DNA of 64,000 nucleotides from Shigella phage Henu12. The notes below the pieces were generated by a model that saw only the letters and a program-made list of their open reading frames with translations, made no database searches and was not told where the DNA came from. The position numbers were made by a program, and so were the translations under genes. Positions within the stretch are counted from its first letter, which is position 1. Every line of letters starts with the position of its first letter. Below, one piece after another: positions 18,751 through 28,829 of this stretch. Location of the stretch: the sequence record OQ834936, one strand, 5' to 3'.

Positions 18751-19247
18751 TCATAAGTTTCTCCGTGATTTGCAAACTCTCTGTGGAGTTCTTCTCTTTT
18801 CTTTCTAATTGCTTCTTTGGCATCATCAACGTTATCAAACAGACCAAGGAAATGTGTTACACCGTGAACCATAATCCTTGCTCTCCACTTCTGTGAAGCT
18901 TTGTTGAATGATACACCTTTTACACCAGATGTATTGTTGGAGTGTATTTTTCTATTCCAACAATTTTCAGCTTGAGTGCAAACTCTCAAGTTCATTCTTC
19001 GGTTGTCATCAGTAATTCCGTTACGATGGTCTACACGGTCTGGTAAGAACCCCTCTGTGTAAAGAATGGCTAAATCATGAGCCATGTATGATTTTCTCTT
19101 TATGGTAATCCTGATATAACCCCTTTTATGGGGTGTTCCAGCAACTGAACCAATGACTGTCCTATTAGCCGATTTCTTCAACCAAGTAAAGACCCCTGTT
19201 TCGGGGTCATAGTGTAGATATTCTTTAAGAATCTGCCGAGTTAACAT
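18747..19247 (-). CDS. HNH homing endonuclease with AP2 DNA-binding domain
   Basis: HNH motif VDHRNGITDDNRRMNLRVCTQAENCWN and AP2-like GVSFNKASQKWRARI; paralogous to 28826-29341; the ORF could start as far upstream as 19283. Confidence 0.75.
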   Translation of the reverse strand: MLTRQILKEYLHYDPETGVFTWLKKSANRTVIGSVAGTPHKRGYIRITIKRKSYMAHDLAILYTEGFLPDRVDHRNGITDDNRRMNLRVCTQAENCWNRKIHSNNTSGVKGVSFNKASQKWRARIMVHGVTHFLGLFDNVDDAKEAIRKKREELHREFANHGETYE

Positions 19248-20298
19248 TTGGTGTCCACCCATACTTATCAAAAGTGAAATCATCTTTCTTATTTCTTTCC
19301 TGATAAGCTAAGAAAAAGTGTTGCTGCATTAACTCTAAAGGTGTTCTGGTAATTGTCTGACCATCCCATGAAACATAAGTGTAAGAGTCTTTCTTAGCAT
19401 ACAGTTCATAAATTGCATCAAGACATTCTTTGTAAGTAGTTTTACCTTCAAGAGCTTTCATTACTGCAACTTTACCAGCACCCTTTAAACCGAAGTAGTT
19501 ATCTGCGTTATCACCAGCTACGGCTTGGTAGCAGAGGAATTTAAATCCTACTCCAACTGTCTTCTTAGCTTTTGGTGTAGATTTTATTGGGCAATCCCAA
19601 ATTTCACCAACGTTATTATCAGCGATAAAAATCAATGGGGCTTTCTCATAAGTCATATCAATGCAGTAAGTACCTTCAGCTTGTCGAAGGTCTTTGTCAA
19701 TACTCATGAGGGCAGCTTTTTTACCCATCTTTTCAGCTTTTGCAATAACGATAGAGTCAGCTTCAAACCCATCAAGAATCAGCTTAAACTCTGGTCGTGA
19801 CAGAAGATACTCACGACAAGCAACTAGGTGTGTAGGTGTTACAGCTTCTTTTCTGTTACCTTGGTATTGGTGTTCAAGACCTTTGATATCCTTGTGTTTG
19901 TGAACACCTTTCTCAGTAAGGTAACCCATCCATTTGCGTTCTTTACCAACGACTTTCAACCACTCCTGAAGAACTTGCTGTGTAGCCATAATTGCTTCAG
20001 CTTCACTTTTAGCTTCTTTCCAAGTCTGTCTTTCCCATTCATCTTCATCAAAGTCAAGTCCTAACTCTTCAGTTAAAACTCTTTGGTCAGACAACCATTG
20101 TGCTGCCAGTTTTGCACTATCAAAAGCATCGGATTCTTCAGCAGTGATTTTATTCACATACTTGTACTTTGCTTTTTCAACTACACAAGCACCTTTGTAA
20201 GCAATGCTATCAGAGTCAATAAAGACGTGTGTAACGCTCTCTGGGAGCTTTGTTAAGGTGTATTGTTCCATTGTACTCTCCATACGAAAAAGCCCCAT
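19225..20298 (-). CDS. 5'-3' exonuclease (FEN/RNase H family)
   Basis: 357 aa; VFIDSDSIAYKG (cf. Pol I 5' nuclease LILVDGSSYLYRA), GFEADSIV acidic cluster, GLKGAGKVAVMKAL helix-hairpin-helix-like segment. Confidence 0.55.
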   Translation of the reverse strand: MGLFRMESTMEQYTLTKLPESVTHVFIDSDSIAYKGACVVEKAKYKYVNKITAEESDAFDSAKLAAQWLSDQRVLTEELGLDFDEDEWERQTWKEAKSEAEAIMATQQVLQEWLKVVGKERKWMGYLTEKGVHKHKDIKGLEHQYQGNRKEAVTPTHLVACREYLLSRPEFKLILDGFEADSIVIAKAEKMGKKAALMSIDKDLRQAEGTYCIDMTYEKAPLIFIADNNVGEIWDCPIKSTPKAKKTVGVGFKFLCYQAVAGDNADNYFGLKGAGKVAVMKALEGKTTYKECLDAIYELYAKKDSYTYVSWDGQTITRTPLELMQQHFFLAYQERNKKDDFTFDKYGWTPNVNSADS

Positions 20299-20333
20299 AC
20301 GTCTGTACAGGGCTTTGTAGTAGTTACTGACTA

Positions 20334-21194
20334 TTACTCGTCGTCAGTTTCGAAATCATCTTCGTCGTCATCATCTGGGTTTGGCAGGTCGTCGTCATCG
20401 TCATCACCACCTTTACCTTCATCACCAGAATCTTTTGCATCTTCTTCAGTGATTTCACCGTTGTCTTCAACACCTGCAAGACCAAGCATTGCCAGTTCAT
20501 CTTCATCCAGTTCAGTCTCAGTAGCACCACCAGTACCACCAGTGTAAGGAACCAGAGTATCAATGATAAATTGTTCCTGAATTGGCTTGGTCAGAACGTT
20601 ACCTTCAAATGTGTAGAAGTGAGTCGCCAGAATCACACTACCAAATGAACCGTTACCAACTGCAATATCTGGATGAATTACATCGTAAGTCTTATCATCA
20701 TCGTGCTTATCAGATTTTGCTGCCTTGATTTTCTTCATAGGCTGCTTAACTGCAACACGCTTACCGTTGATTTCTTCAACCAGCATTACAGGGAAACTCT
20801 GTTTTGCTGACCACACAGCACCGTCTTTATATGCTGCTGAACGGCTAACCTTCAGGATGTGATAGGTGTCAGCTTCAAACGGAGGCTCACAACCAAACTT
20901 CTCTTCGAAGTCATCTGCATCAACAGCCTCTGTAGTAACTTTATCCCAACCTTCAGGACTCTTTTTAGACTTGGTGAACTCTTTAAAGAGCTTGTTACCA
21001 TCTTTTGCCAGAATTGAAACGCTGTAGTTACAATCTTTGCCCGGAAAATGCTTATCCACAGATTTACCCTTTTGAGGACGTGGAATAGTGTTCAGGTAAT
21101 AGAACCAAACATCTTTCAGCAGGTAACGAAGAGTCTCACGTTCTTGACCATTGTACTTCTCTACCGGAGCTTTCATTTTAACAACTTTAGACAT
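20334..21194 (-). CDS. putative ssDNA-binding protein with acidic C-terminal tail (T7 gp2.5-like)
   Basis: 286 aa ending GDDDDDDLPNPDDDDEDDFETDDE; sits in the replication block; assignment is by analogy. Confidence 0.4.
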   Translation of the reverse strand: MSKVVKMKAPVEKYNGQERETLRYLLKDVWFYYLNTIPRPQKGKSVDKHFPGKDCNYSVSILAKDGNKLFKEFTKSKKSPEGWDKVTTEAVDADDFEEKFGCEPPFEADTYHILKVSRSAAYKDGAVWSAKQSFPVMLVEEINGKRVAVKQPMKKIKAAKSDKHDDDKTYDVIHPDIAVGNGSFGSVILATHFYTFEGNVLTKPIQEQFIIDTLVPYTGGTGGATETELDEDELAMLGLAGVEDNGEITEEDAKDSGDEGKGGDDDDDDLPNPDDDDEDDFETDDE

Positions 21195-21245
21195 TTTAAT
21201 ACCTCTTTCTCAAATTAACTTTCAACTCAACTATCAAGGAGTACA

Positions 21246-21274
21246 ATCTTACAGACTTCGTACTCCCTTGTCAA
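21246..21274 (-). promoter_or_regulatory. sigma70-like promoter upstream of the SSB-like gene
   Basis: Minus strand TTGACA, 17 nt spacer, TAAGAT, then AAGAGG RBS and the ATG at 21194. Confidence 0.45.
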
Positions 21275-21279
21275 ACACT

Positions 21280-21417
21280 TTAAGCAGATTTCTTAGCTGC
21301 TTTACGAGCCGTCTTACCTGTACGAACTCGCTTCTGTACATAGTGTTCAGCAGATTTACCAGCAGTTGCTTTCATGGAATCGCCAAATACTTTCTCGAAT
21401 GCTTTAGAATGTTTCAT
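21280..21417 (-). CDS. small basic protein (45 aa, below ORF-track cutoff)
   Basis: ATG overlaps the stop of the upstream ORF in an ATGA arrangement; translation MKHSKAFEKVFGDSMKATAGKSAEHYVQKRVRTGKTARKAAKKSA. Confidence 0.3.
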   Translation of the reverse strand: MKHSKAFEKVFGDSMKATAGKSAEHYVQKRVRTGKTARKAAKKSA

Positions 21418-21695
21418 GAATCTCTCCGATATATTTCATATTCAAAATGTTTATTAGTCAAGGTAAAGGTGTAAACTGTAGATAACCCATCAATCGCTAA
21501 TGCAAATTGCTCAACATTATCTTTTGATAAGTGTTCAAACTTTACTTCATGTCCCTTGTTGATGAGTACTTTACCGAACTGCTCTATCTTAGTCAAGCAC
21601 TCTTTTACAAATTTTTCTCTGCTTTTTTCTGAATAGAAGGGTTCAAAACCCTCCTTCAGATAACTATCAATCAGTTTCGAACGGACAGTCATCAT
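21414..21695 (-). CDS. hypothetical protein
   Basis: 93 aa ORF downstream of the primase-helicase. Confidence 0.45.
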   Translation of the reverse strand: MMTVRSKLIDSYLKEGFEPFYSEKSREKFVKECLTKIEQFGKVLINKGHEVKFEHLSKDNVEQFALAIDGLSTVYTFTLTNKHFEYEIYRRDS

Positions 21696-23658
21696 TATCC
21701 TCGTTAATCACAGGTGGAATGGTGGAACTTTCACGTTGTTCTTGTGTGTAAATCTCTCCAGATTCACGGTCAAAATCAACATCTTCATAGTGTGGCATAG
21801 AGTCATCGTAATGGTCTTCAGCCTCACCAATACCAAACTGCTGACGAATATTCTCTGCTGCACCATCAATATCAACACCACATCCAGCAGCCTTTACAAG
21901 ACGACCTGTATCTGGATTATACCAAGTGTGACCAGCAATACCAGTTGACTTACCATGACGGCGACATTTTGTTAGCTTGATTTTTGTCAAGTTCTTTTTA
22001 ACAGGGTCTGGGTCAACCTTGTTACGCATAAGCAAAATGTTGTTCATGGAAATCTGGAAGTATGCACCAGAACCCTTGATATCTTCTTCAGAAATATCAC
22101 CACCTTCAGAGTTGGCCTTTTGACCACCTGCACTCTTACGAACGTGACATACGTTTACCTGAGCATACTGATAACGCTTACAGCGACGAAGTAACTCAGA
22201 CAGAACTTCTTCTTCATCTGTATCAGAGCGTGACAGTGCCAATGTAATAGGGTCAAGGATGATAATCTTACAATCGAGACTGTTAACCAGATAGTCAACA
22301 AACTCCAGCAGGTTATCTTGGTCAATTGCCCCTTGGTGGTCTACGATGTGAATACGACGACCTTTTGACAACTCAGCATGTGCAACCTTAATCTCATCCC
22401 AATTACGCTCATCGTAAGGAATCTCTGAAATCTGCTTACTAAGATGGATTGCACAGAGCATTTCCATAAGTTCTTCGTAAGTATCTTCTACAGGAATTAC
22501 ACCGATGTTGTACTCAGTATCTTTCCATGCTTTGTAAATCATCTCACGAGTATATGCAGATTTACCTACAGATGAAGGTGCAGCAAGGGTTGTAATCTCA
22601 CCTAAACCATACCCGCCATAAGTCAGCTTATTCAAATCCCCGAAAGAATCTGGGAAAGGAATTAAAGGAATCTGACCACGATTCTTCATAGCATCGAAAC
22701 CATCTGCAAAGTTCTTGATACCAGCAGGGCAGTAACGAGGTGCATTGTAGATTCGTTGTTTAAATCCTTCTAAGACTGTATCTTTGTCTTTGAAGAACTT
22801 AGTCCACCACTCACTAAGGTCTTTAATACCTTCAGGATACTGGAATAGTCTTACTTTCTCAATAGGTAAGATACCAGCAGCTTCCTTAGTTGCTTTAGCC
22901 CCTGCTTCATCATTATCAAAGCATAGGTAAATCTCATCAAAGGAAGTAATATACTGATAGTTCTCTTTGATAGACTTAACATTAGCACCAGATGGTACAG
23001 AAACGTGGCAGTAATTCTTACGTCTAGACTTATCTTTAATTGCTAAAGAAGTCATGTAGATTGCTGTAGCACATTCCATCTCACCTTCCCAGATGAAAAG
23101 ACGGTTACCACCTTCTGGAGCAATCCATGAACCGAACATAGCCAGTTCACCTTTAATATCTCCGACACCACCAGAAAAGTCTTTCAACTTCCCACGTAAG
23201 TGCTCTTTGTGATAGTCATCTGGATATTTGTGACGAACACGATAACCTACATGTTGCAACTTACCATCTTCATCCTTTTTGTATGTTGGATAGAAATGTG
23301 CATCAATATCACCGTTATCATCAATATCAACTTTAATACCGAGACGCTCAAGGACTTTTGCAGGAATCTTCCTATCTTTTAAATCCATTGCTTCTAGGTT
23401 TTCTTTCACATCATCCAAATCCATACCACGAAATGTACGGTTTTTATTCTCTGAACCTGAAGTATGAGTACTCACAATCTGCCCTTTATCAAAATCCCAC
23501 TCTGGAAAACCTTTTCCACAACTGAAACATGTCATTGAATATGAACCGTCATCATGACGATATATAGAACCTGCATCTGAAGATAAACATTGAGGGCGTG
23601 GACATGCACAGTGGCCTACAAATGTTCCAGCATCTTTCAGTTTTCTCTGTTTAGCCAT
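21667..23658 (-). CDS. bifunctional DNA primase-helicase (T7 gp4-like)
   Basis: 663 aa; N-terminal Cys4 zinc ribbon; TOPRIM-type DNDEAG; Walker A AAPSSVGKSAYT in a DnaB-like C-terminal half. Confidence 0.85.
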   Translation of the reverse strand: MAKQRKLKDAGTFVGHCACPRPQCLSSDAGSIYRHDDGSYSMTCFSCGKGFPEWDFDKGQIVSTHTSGSENKNRTFRGMDLDDVKENLEAMDLKDRKIPAKVLERLGIKVDIDDNGDIDAHFYPTYKKDEDGKLQHVGYRVRHKYPDDYHKEHLRGKLKDFSGGVGDIKGELAMFGSWIAPEGGNRLFIWEGEMECATAIYMTSLAIKDKSRRKNYCHVSVPSGANVKSIKENYQYITSFDEIYLCFDNDEAGAKATKEAAGILPIEKVRLFQYPEGIKDLSEWWTKFFKDKDTVLEGFKQRIYNAPRYCPAGIKNFADGFDAMKNRGQIPLIPFPDSFGDLNKLTYGGYGLGEITTLAAPSSVGKSAYTREMIYKAWKDTEYNIGVIPVEDTYEELMEMLCAIHLSKQISEIPYDERNWDEIKVAHAELSKGRRIHIVDHQGAIDQDNLLEFVDYLVNSLDCKIIILDPITLALSRSDTDEEEVLSELLRRCKRYQYAQVNVCHVRKSAGGQKANSEGGDISEEDIKGSGAYFQISMNNILLMRNKVDPDPVKKNLTKIKLTKCRRHGKSTGIAGHTWYNPDTGRLVKAAGCGVDIDGAAENIRQQFGIGEAEDHYDDSMPHYEDVDFDRESGEIYTQEQRESSTIPPVINEDNDDCPFETD

Positions 23659-23851
23659 TCACACCTCTTCGTTGTAGTTCTGCCTTAAGACCGTTTTCAA
23701 TCTTATCAAGCTCATGGATTTCTTCTGCAATCTCTTTCCTTCTTGAAGCGACCCTTTCAAGTCGCTCCATCATAACTTCTTTGGAAAGAGATGAGAGTTC
23801 CACTGTACGGTGGTCAATTACTTTAAAGTTATTATCTCTCATCTTCAACAC
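23651..23851 (-). CDS. hypothetical protein
   Basis: 66 aa charged/coiled-coil ORF. Confidence 0.4.
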   Translation of the reverse strand: MLKMRDNNFKVIDHRTVELSSLSKEVMMERLERVASRRKEIAEEIHELDKIENGLKAELQRRGVNG

Positions 23852-23854
23852 CTT

Positions 23855-24595
23855 TTATAGATTGATAATGGTTTTAAGTTTACTCTCTAACTCTTCCATC
23901 GTTCCGTTATTCTGGATAATATCACGGGAGAAGTTAGTGGAGATACCTTTTTCAGAACTGTGTGACGCAACCTGAATAGCATTGTTTCTGGTCACCTCAA
24001 TTATCTGACTATCATAACTCTGAAGAAACTCTGCTTCAAGGTCAAATCGTAAATCACATATTAGAGCAATACCTATATGAGACTTGTTATGACATTCTCC
24101 AAAGAATGATTCCATTCTCTCAGCAAGGTCTCTTATCCAGAACTTCTCACCTAACACTTTACGGACAACTTCACTACCCCATATCTGCTGGATTTGGCGT
24201 GATGAGAATATGTACTCTTCTTTTAAACCGAGCCTTGTTTTGAAAGTCGGTTTAGCCACCTTCTTAATTTCAGTGATAAGTTTATCTGCAATTTCACCAC
24301 ACAATTTATCATCACTGTGGATACCTTTGTCTTTCATAATTTTGTAGAAAGCCCACTTAACTTTTTGTAATACTTCTGAGAATGTCAAGTCAAACTTTTT
24401 AGGAGTTTCCTTTGTTGCCCCATACAGGTCTTGCCAATCCAAATCAAAGATGAATCCAGCAGTTGCTTTTAAGTTGTCTGCAAACGCAAAAACTTTAACA
24501 GTATAGCCAGAGTCAATCAAGAGGTTTTTCACAAGTGTGCATGATGTATCTTTTCCAGAGCGAGCCTTTCCAGTGAATGCAATTACTGATTTCAT
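23855..24595 (-). CDS. deoxynucleoside monophosphate kinase-like protein
   Basis: 246 aa; P-loop FTGKARSGKDT resembles T4 gp1 dNMP kinase (GVKRSGKDT). Confidence 0.55.
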   Translation of the reverse strand: MKSVIAFTGKARSGKDTSCTLVKNLLIDSGYTVKVFAFADNLKATAGFIFDLDWQDLYGATKETPKKFDLTFSEVLQKVKWAFYKIMKDKGIHSDDKLCGEIADKLITEIKKVAKPTFKTRLGLKEEYIFSSRQIQQIWGSEVVRKVLGEKFWIRDLAERMESFFGECHNKSHIGIALICDLRFDLEAEFLQSYDSQIIEVTRNNAIQVASHSSEKGISTNFSRDIIQNNGTMEELESKLKTIINL

Positions 24596-24609
24596 TGTGT
24601 ATCTCCATA

Positions 24610-24645
24610 ATAAAAAGCCCCCAATTAAGGAGGCTTAAAAGTTAA
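24610..24645 (-). terminator. putative intrinsic terminator
   Basis: GCCUCC/GGGGGC imperfect hairpin followed by T-run on the minus strand. Confidence 0.4.
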
Positions 24646-24651
24646 TAACTG

Positions 24652-25446
24652 TTACTGCAAGCGAGCACCAGACAGTTCACGTTCAGCCATGCTGTCTAAC
24701 TGTTCAACAAACTCATCACCAAAGTTGATTGCCAGCTTAGTACTCAGTACTGCTGCACCAGTTTGCGTGAAGACTTCGTTAAGTGCTTTTGAGTGAGCAC
24801 CTTGAGAGATTTCTTCAACAAACGCAGGGTCTGCTTCAAGCATCTTAGAAACCTCTAAGAGAGCATGGATACCCATAATGCTGAAGATTGCATTGAGCAT
24901 TGAAGTTAATTGAACCTGAACAGGATTCATTTCAATATCTTCACTAATCTCAACAAGACGCTTCATAGTCTCTTCAGTGAGAGTCAGAACTCGTTCAGAG
25001 ATTTCTTCAAAGCCCCAATCCAGTTTTGCATAACGTGGAGCTTGGTCACTCATACGTTTTTCAAGTGAAGCCATTACAGATGCAACAGATGCACAGATAC
25101 ACTTCATGATTTCTGCATCAGACATGTTATCAAGTTCTTTGATACCAGCTTCAGTCATCTGGATATAACCACCAGAATACATCTCTGCAAATACGTATGC
25201 AGCAAAGGCATCAACACCAATTGCAATGGTTTTCAAAGCAACTGTCTGGTTACTCAGAAGATATTCAACCTCTTTACGGAAATCTTCGTCATTCTCTACA
25301 GCGTTTTTTACAACACGCAGAGATTCAGGGATAAATTTTCCTGACAGTGAGTTGCTACGCATAATGATAGCAAGAGTCTCAACAGTGTTCAGCATGAATG
25401 CTTCGTCAATACCTTTTTCTTCCAGAATCTCATTTACAGTTTTCAT
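24652..25446 (-). CDS. hypothetical protein
   Basis: 264 aa acidic ORF. Confidence 0.5.
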   Translation of the reverse strand: MKTVNEILEEKGIDEAFMLNTVETLAIIMRSNSLSGKFIPESLRVVKNAVENDEDFRKEVEYLLSNQTVALKTIAIGVDAFAAYVFAEMYSGGYIQMTEAGIKELDNMSDAEIMKCICASVASVMASLEKRMSDQAPRYAKLDWGFEEISERVLTLTEETMKRLVEISEDIEMNPVQVQLTSMLNAIFSIMGIHALLEVSKMLEADPAFVEEISQGAHSKALNEVFTQTGAAVLSTKLAINFGDEFVEQLDSMAERELSGARLQ

Positions 25447-25870
25447 CTTTAATCTCTCTCATTTTGTTAATAGTAAGTCGTGATAATCTTAAGCTTTCTT
25501 GTGAAGAGAAGTCAAGTCCTTTTTCAGACCGTGGGAAGTAATTTCTGTCCCACGTATTCTCTGCATCCTGAAGCAGTTGGGATAGACTATCTAAGTCCGT
25601 TCCATTTTGCAACTTATTTTTTAAGGTATCTATCAAAAAGATTGTGTCTTTCGCTTTACGTCTTTCTGAAGATATCTCTTTCATGTGCTCAAATACAGAA
25701 CACTTTAAACCTTCGTCGTATCCACTTGATAGTTCTATCTCATGCTGAACATCAACCATTCGACGATGTTGATAAGCATACTCCTTCTGAGCCTCGATGT
25801 AAAGTGCTTCAACTCTTTCTAAAGCTTGGACAAGGTTATTGATATCTGGGTGAACGTACATCCTCTGCAT
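25430..25870 (-). CDS. hypothetical protein
   Basis: 146 aa ORF; first gene of the minus-strand block at the divergent region. Confidence 0.5.
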   Translation of the reverse strand: MQRMYVHPDINNLVQALERVEALYIEAQKEYAYQHRRMVDVQHEIELSSGYDEGLKCSVFEHMKEISSERRKAKDTIFLIDTLKNKLQNGTDLDSLSQLLQDAENTWDRNYFPRSEKGLDFSSQESLRLSRLTINKMREIKDENCK

Positions 25871-26129
25871 GATTGCCTCTGTTAAGTATCTATAAAGATT
25901 TTAATCTCTTATCTTTATGTATGTTATACATATAACTTTAAAGCTTTTTAAAAGCTATTAAAAATCTTTTAAGACTTTTAAAGAAACTGTATAGTTAATC
26001 TATAAAGGGAGTCTATTAAGATAAAACCCACTTCGAAAAGACTAACACCTTGTCAAGTAGTTTGTCAACTTGCTTTTTGCAGAAAATTGCTGTAGGGTAT
26101 TATCCAGAATGATTTGAGAGGGAGTAAAA
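25871..26129. promoter_or_regulatory. divergent AT-rich intergenic control region
   Basis: 260 bp between divergently transcribed blocks; repeated TATAAAG and CTTTTAAAG-like motifs and tandem TTGTCAA repeats at 26050-26069. Confidence 0.45.
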
Positions 26130-28829
26130 ATGGACAATGTAGATTTCGAAAAATTACATTTGGTTGGTGATACAGAAACTGATGGGTTGCTCCTTGAGTT
26201 TACAAAAGCACACGTAATGGCTTTCGCAGACTATAAAGATGACAGTGATGAACCTGCTGTGTGGGTTTTCACTGATGAGCCTATTCTTGGTCACAAGTAT
26301 ACAAAATACATCAAAGGTGGTCTGCGTGAAGGTGTTGAGTTTGCACTGAAAGCTAAACGTCTTTGTATCCACAATGGTCTTGGTTATGACTGGTGGGTGT
26401 TTAATCACATTGCACCTGACCTGTGGAACTTTGAGAATCCTAAGTGTAAGCCTTGGAGTGACTTCTTTCAGGATTCACTTATCCAATCTCGCGTACAGTG
26501 GATGGATAGACCTACACCAAAAGGTTACAAAGGTGCTCATGGTTTGGCTGCATGGGGTGCTCGTGTTGGTGTTCGTAAACCAGAGATTGAAGAGTGGGGT
26601 GTATGGAATGCAGAGATTCTTACTCGTGTTGTAGAAGATATTAAGATTAACGCCAAAACTAAACGTGCTCTTGATAATGAGTACCTTAAGCTTAAGAAGT
26701 GTGGTGTTGACACTTATGAAACCTATATGCGAGCTAAAGAAACATCTTTCTGGATGAGCCAGCAAGCTATCAACGGTTGGAAAGCTGATGTAGAACTTAT
26801 GCAGTTCCATGTTAAAGAACTTGACAAGTTAACTAATGAGTTAGCTGCTGAGGTTGAGCCACACCTGCCACCAACTATCAAGACAAAAGGTAAGGTCACA
26901 GGTGAAGAGTTTGCTAAGTCTTGGAATGAGTATGTGGATACATTTGGTCACGTTGACGGCTTAAAAAGGATTACCAAGTACCCTAAGACAAAGTATCGTG
27001 AACAGATGCGTGAAGGTGAGTTGAAGCAATACCCTATCAAGCCATATGGAAAGCCAACTACAAAGATTTTTAACGTTGAGAAACGTAACTGCTACACACC
27101 AACTAATACGGTTACCAAAGAAGAGTACCCTGAAGGTTTCGTAGCAATGAAAGATGCTCGTGCAGTTTGTAATGAACTGAATGAGAAGATTGGGAAGAAG
27201 TGTAAAGATTGGAAACCAGTTAAGACTGTGAAGATTGTGAAGTACTATAATGTGCATGTTGTAAATCACTTCGAGTTGGAGTCAAGTCGCTACACTGGTT
27301 TGATTGATGCACCATTCACACCAATTGAGTTTGAAGTTTCACGAATGACTCAGGTAGCTGTGGTGAAGGATTACTTAAAATCTGTTGGTTGGATTCCTGA
27401 TGATTGGAACTACAAAAAAGATTCTGATGGTCGTCCGGTTAAGGTTTGCAGATTCAAAGACAACAAAAAGATGATTCGCAAACATCCTAAGTGGGATGAG
27501 ATGGTTGAGCGTTGTGGGTTGAACTATATTGAGCATGAAGGTGTCTATTACATCGAGCATAACTGGTCTGTTAAGAAGTACACAGATGTGCTTGAGCCTT
27601 GCTTGATTAGGACTTCACCAAAGCTTACAGAGTCTTCTTATGATACAATCGAAGGTGAGCTTGGACAGAAGATTGCGAAGTACTATACTTTGATGCACCG
27701 ACGCAGGACTATTGAGAACTCAAAGGATGATGAGAAAGGTTGGCTGAACCAGATTCGTCCAGATGGTCGTTTGAGTGCAGGTGCAATGGTGTTTGGTACT
27801 TCTACTGGACGTATGACTCAGTATGGTATTGTAAACGTACCTTCTGGTGCTGCTGTTTACGGTGAGCCAATGAGGGCAGTGTGGATTTGTGAAGAGGGAA
27901 CCAACGTAGTATCTGTTGATATGAACTCTGCACAGCTTGTACTACTCTGTAACTTCATGGGTGATAAAGACTTCACCAAAGCGGTAACAGAGGGTAAAGA
28001 AGAGATTGAGTTTGTTCGTCAAGAGGATGGAAGATACTACTGCAAACACTTTGACCAGTATCTGAATCCAGAGATTGACAAGTATCTGCGTTATGACTCT
28101 GAAAACGATTTGTACGTAGTTTACTCAGGGACTGATGCTCACACTCTGAACAGTATCTACTTCAGCCTTAATGATGAGCAAGATATCTTGACTTGTCGTG
28201 CTACTCAGGATGAGAATCTTCTTCATGAGATTAGCAAGGGACGTAAGAAAGCTAAGAATGGTATCTATGCCCTGTTGTTCGGTGCAGGTGATGAGAAGTT
28301 TGCTAAAACAATTAAAGCAGCAACTACTCAGGAAGGTGCATTGACTAAGCAGACTTACTTTGTGCGCTTGCCGAAGATTAAGAAACTGTTAGACAACTTG
28401 GAAGCTGATTTCAAAGCAACTAAGAAAGCACTTGAAGAGGTGTTTGGTAAAACTGCTGCGATAGCTAAAGGTGGTTTTGTGAAGGTTGCTGGAGCTTGGC
28501 TGTGGTGTAAGTCTCCACACAAGCTGTTAAATTACCTTTTGATGGGTTCAGAAAGTCAAGTCCAGAATGAAGCAATTAACCTTGCATGTCGTCGTATGAT
28601 TGATGAAGGTTTGATGAAGTTGAATGGTCGTAAACCAGCTATTGGCGCTCGCTTACTCTGTGCTTACCACGACGAAACAAGTTGGGAATGTCCAGAGCAC
28701 ATGACAGCAGATGTGAAAGCAGTAACTGACTGGTATTATGGTCAAGCATCTAAGAACCTTGGACTAAGGAAAGAAACCTTGGTAACAGGTACTGGTAAAG
28801 TTGGTAAGAGCTGGTATGAGGTACATTGA
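26130..28829 (+). CDS. DNA polymerase, family A, with 3'-5' exonuclease domain
   Basis: 899 aa; Exo I motif DTETDG near the N-terminus; motif C YHDE; terminal His characteristic of Pol I-type enzymes. Confidence 0.9.
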   Translation: MDNVDFEKLHLVGDTETDGLLLEFTKAHVMAFADYKDDSDEPAVWVFTDEPILGHKYTKYIKGGLREGVEFALKAKRLCIHNGLGYDWWVFNHIAPDLWNFENPKCKPWSDFFQDSLIQSRVQWMDRPTPKGYKGAHGLAAWGARVGVRKPEIEEWGVWNAEILTRVVEDIKINAKTKRALDNEYLKLKKCGVDTYETYMRAKETSFWMSQQAINGWKADVELMQFHVKELDKLTNELAAEVEPHLPPTIKTKGKVTGEEFAKSWNEYVDTFGHVDGLKRITKYPKTKYREQMREGELKQYPIKPYGKPTTKIFNVEKRNCYTPTNTVTKEEYPEGFVAMKDARAVCNELNEKIGKKCKDWKPVKTVKIVKYYNVHVVNHFELESSRYTGLIDAPFTPIEFEVSRMTQVAVVKDYLKSVGWIPDDWNYKKDSDGRPVKVCRFKDNKKMIRKHPKWDEMVERCGLNYIEHEGVYYIEHNWSVKKYTDVLEPCLIRTSPKLTESSYDTIEGELGQKIAKYYTLMHRRRTIENSKDDEKGWLNQIRPDGRLSAGAMVFGTSTGRMTQYGIVNVPSGAAVYGEPMRAVWICEEGTNVVSVDMNSAQLVLLCNFMGDKDFTKAVTEGKEEIEFVRQEDGRYYCKHFDQYLNPEIDKYLRYDSENDLYVVYSGTDAHTLNSIYFSLNDEQDILTCRATQDENLLHEISKGRKKAKNGIYALLFGAGDEKFAKTIKAATTQEGALTKQTYFVRLPKIKKLLDNLEADFKATKKALEEVFGKTAAIAKGGFVKVAGAWLWCKSPHKLLNYLLMGSESQVQNEAINLACRRMIDEGLMKLNGRKPAIGARLLCAYHDETSWECPEHMTADVKAVTDWYYGQASKNLGLRKETLVTGTGKVGKSWYEVH

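Noticed and set aside
20263-20547. 94-aa Ser-rich plus-strand ORF and 79-aa overlapping minus ORF (20324-20563)
   Set aside because: Both are artefacts of the GAC/GAT-rich repeat that encodes the poly-Asp tail of the SSB-like gene; alternative frames of the same repeat.
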